Below, one piece after another: positions 5,635-7,035 of a stretch of DNA of 7,035 bases (position 1 is the stretch's first letter; every line of letters starts with the position of its first letter). Source of the DNA: Promethearchaeota archaeon (GTDB taxonomy: Archaea > Asgardarchaeota > Thorarchaeia > Thorarchaeales > Thorarchaeaceae); the NCBI GenBank assembly GCA_027031765.1, contig JALVPN010000021.1:297-7331 (forward strand), given 5' to 3'. Both the position numbers and the translations under genes were made by a program. A model generated the notes under the pieces. It made no database searches, was not told the DNA's origin, and saw nothing but the letters and a program-made list of their open reading frames with translations.

Positions 5635-5713
5635 CACAGTACGACGGCACGGTACGACAACACGGTACGACAACACGGTACGACAACACGGTACGGCGGC
5701 ACAGTGCAGACGG
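5635..5713. repeat. Tandem 13-mer array, consensus CACGGTACGACAA (3 perfect, 2 variant, 1 degenerate unit)
   Basis: CACAGTACGACGG 5635; CACGGTACGACAA 5648, 5661, 5674; CACGGTACGGCGG 5687; CACAGTGCAGACGG 5700. Begins 4 nt after the TAG of the beta-helix gene. Confidence 0.95.
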
Positions 5714-5757
5714 TGCCATGGGCGAGGTGTCGGACACTGTAGCGCAGCCAGCGCCTC

Positions 5758-5792
5758 CATGACATGACACGACACGACACGACGTGACATGG
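5758..5792. repeat. Pentamer microsatellite, CA(C/T)GA-type x7
   Basis: CATGA CATGA CACGA CACGA CACGA CGTGA CATGG, followed by GGACAC at 5791 and 5798. Confidence 0.88.
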
Positions 5793-5971
5793 ACACTGGA
5801 CACACGGCCCGGCTGGACCCGGGTCGCATGCTCTACTCCTCCTCGGAATCGTTCTCAGGCGGGCCGACCGCAGCGGATGCAACGTGTCAGGTACGGCCCG
5901 CCACCCACGGCTGTCATGGGGGGTCCATGCAAACATGGCAGTGGCGTGGTCTGAAGACTCTGCTGACGCGG

Positions 5972-6265
5972 TCACTCCTGCTCCGTGTCGTTGGAGGCCG
6001 CCATGAGGACAGCCCTGGCGAGCGCATCGGGCGTGGCGCCGATGAACTGTGCCCCCTTCTTTTCCAGAGTCCGTTCGACCTGTGACCTGATGGCGCCATG
6101 GTCGAGCGGCACGCCCTGCAGGTCACGTTCTATGTCAAGGATTGTGTCCTCCGGGTGCAGGAAGAAGTCGCCTGTGATCCGCACGTGCGCTATGCTCTGG
6201 CCACTCACAGCAAGCTCGACCTTGACCAGCTTGCCGCCCGGCACCTTGAAGACGCTCCTGCCCAC
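5972..6265 (-). CDS. lplB: Lipoate-protein ligase accessory subunit (LplB; stand-alone C-terminal domain of LplA, Lip_prot_lig_C-like)
   Basis: FKVPGGKLVKV...VRITGDFFLHPEDTILDIERDLQG matches the KVPGGKL and I(S/T)GDFF signatures of the LplA C-terminal/LplB domain, and it lies directly downstream of lplA. GTG6265 is preferred (GGAGG 8 nt upstream). ATG6271 (1-nt TGATG overlap) and GTG6289 are alternatives. Confidence 0.9.
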   Translation of the reverse strand: MGRSVFKVPGGKLVKVELAVSGQSIAHVRITGDFFLHPEDTILDIERDLQGVPLDHGAIRSQVERTLEKKGAQFIGATPDALARAVLMAASNDTEQE

Positions 6266-6270
6266 TCGCA

Positions 6271-6278
6271 TCACCTCC
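6271..6278 (-). promoter_or_regulatory. Shine-Dalgarno GGAGGTGA embedded in the lplA 3' end and stop codon, serving lplB
   Basis: The minus strand reads AGG AGG TGA TG CGA GTG, a near-perfect anti-SD match that overlaps the lplA TGA and suggests translational coupling. Confidence 0.75.
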
Positions 6279-7035
6279 TGGCGTTCCACTCGTCGGTGGA
6301 GTACTTCTCGCGCACGAGCTGTTGCATGGACTCGCGCTCCTCAGCGGTCAGGGCCCCCGGTCCCAGCTCGATGCTGAGGGCAGAGGAGAACCCCTCTGCA
6401 AGGGCGTCCCGCAGCTCCGTCATAGAGACCTCGCGTCCCAGTGCATCCCTGACCGACGTCACGCGCTGACGCACCTCACTGACCATCTTGTCCGAGACCT
6501 TCTCGGCCGGCACCTTCAGCACAGAGAACATCGTCTCGATGTCGAGGTCGAGCAGCACCGTGCCATGCTGGAGGAGACAGGAGTACCGCCGCGTCTGCGC
6601 ATTCCCAGACACCTTCCTGCCATTGATGACAATGTCGTTTATCGGCCTGAACTCGGCCCTCAGACCGAGGAGGGCCAGCCCCTCCACAATGCCACTGCAG
6701 ACCAGCTCGTAGGAACGGAGGATGTTGTCCGGTGCCAGACGGTGCCCCCGGGGGACAATGATGCTGTACGTGATCTCACCATTGAAGTCGTGGTACACCG
6801 CACCGCCTCCCGTGAGACGACGCACGTAGTCAATGTTGTTCCTGCGACAGTACTCGTGGTCGACCTCCTCAGACAGGCCCTGGAACGTGCCAATCGAGAC
6901 CGCCGATGGCCGCCAGCGGTACAGCCTGAGCGTCGGCGGGACCTCACCACGTTGCATTGCCAGCATGATTGCCTCATCAATGGCCATGTTCTCATGTGCC
7001 GTGTGTACCTCAAGGTCTATGCAACGGAACCTCTC
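6271..7035 (-). CDS. lplA: Lipoate-protein ligase A, catalytic subunit (BPL/LplA/LipB family; 5'-partial)
   Basis: Frame is open to the window edge (ERFRCIDLEVHTAHENMAIDEA...). Signature motifs are NMAIDEA, PTLRLYRW, SIGTFQ, VRRLTGGGAVYHD, GRKVSGNAQ (catalytic Lys at 6613-6615) and QHGTVL. It lacks the C-terminal domain, which is encoded by the adjacent lplB. Confidence 0.95.
   Translation of the reverse strand, partial: ERFRCIDLEVHTAHENMAIDEAIMLAMQRGEVPPTLRLYRWRPSAVSIGTFQGLSEEVDHEYCRRNNIDYVRRLTGGGAVYHDFNGEITYSIIVPRGHRLAPDNILRSYELVCSGIVEGLALLGLRAEFRPINDIVINGRKVSGNAQTRRYSCLLQHGTVLLDLDIETMFSVLKVPAEKVSDKMVSEVRQRVTSVRDALGREVSMTELRDALAEGFSSALSIELGPGALTAEERESMQQLVREKYSTDEWNARR

Noticed and set aside
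5925-5938. Terminator hairpin CCATG-CAAA-CATGG downstream of lplB
   Set aside because: Only a 5-bp stem with no following T-tract, too weak to call.
5631-5971. Replication origin (13-mers, palindrome clusters, G-string at 5918-5923)
   Set aside because: The 13-mers are not AT-rich, there is no DUE, no ORB with TCCA-GAAA-G-string order and no orc1/cdc6 or rep gene in the window.
5052-5975. 307-aa minus-strand ORF whose GTG overlaps the lplB stop (GTGA) with a weak GGAG upstream
   Set aside because: It runs through both non-triplet tandem arrays and 579 nt antisense into the well-supported beta-helix gene. The Arg/Cys/Val/Gly-rich composition is typical of shadow ORFs.
6265-6289. Frameshifted lplA pseudogene or programmed frameshift
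   Set aside because: No slippery heptamer is visible, a well-spaced strong SD serves lplB, and split LplA/LplB is an established architecture.

Overview
GC-rich (roughly 60-65% by eye) chromosomal window, most likely archaeal. The taxonomy is inferred: the beta-helix plus Ig-like plus Thr-linker surface protein, the wHTH-2TM regulator and the split lplA/lplB resemble Asgard (Thorarchaeota-like) or TACK genomes. There are six credible CDS: (1) a 5'-truncated membrane protein with a large beta-rich ectodomain and about 5 TM helices (<3-1580, +); (2) a winged-helix regulator with two C-terminal TM helices (1644-2066, +); (3) a convergent HExxH intramembrane zinc protease, M50/site-2-protease-like (2173-3150, -); (4) a secreted, membrane-anchored right-handed beta-helix glycoprotein (about 3828-5630, +); (5-6) a bipartite lipoate-protein ligase, with lplB (5972-6265, -) and lplA (6271->7035, -). 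No tRNA, rRNA, integrase, transposase or cas gene is visible. The best hypothesis for an undescribed system is a regulated-intramembrane-proteolysis module (membrane-tethered wHTH plus S2P-like protease, possibly with the upstream ectodomain protein as sensor). It rests on adjacency and topology only. The non-coding DNA is unusually structured. It holds a 27-bp direct-repeat pair with a 39-bp spacer, a 13-mer tandem array and a 5-mer array, a shared CAC(C/G)GTACG motif at both convergent gene junctions, operator-like repeats beside a TATA-like box, and a strong SD that points at an in-frame CTG rather than at the ATG of the regulator.
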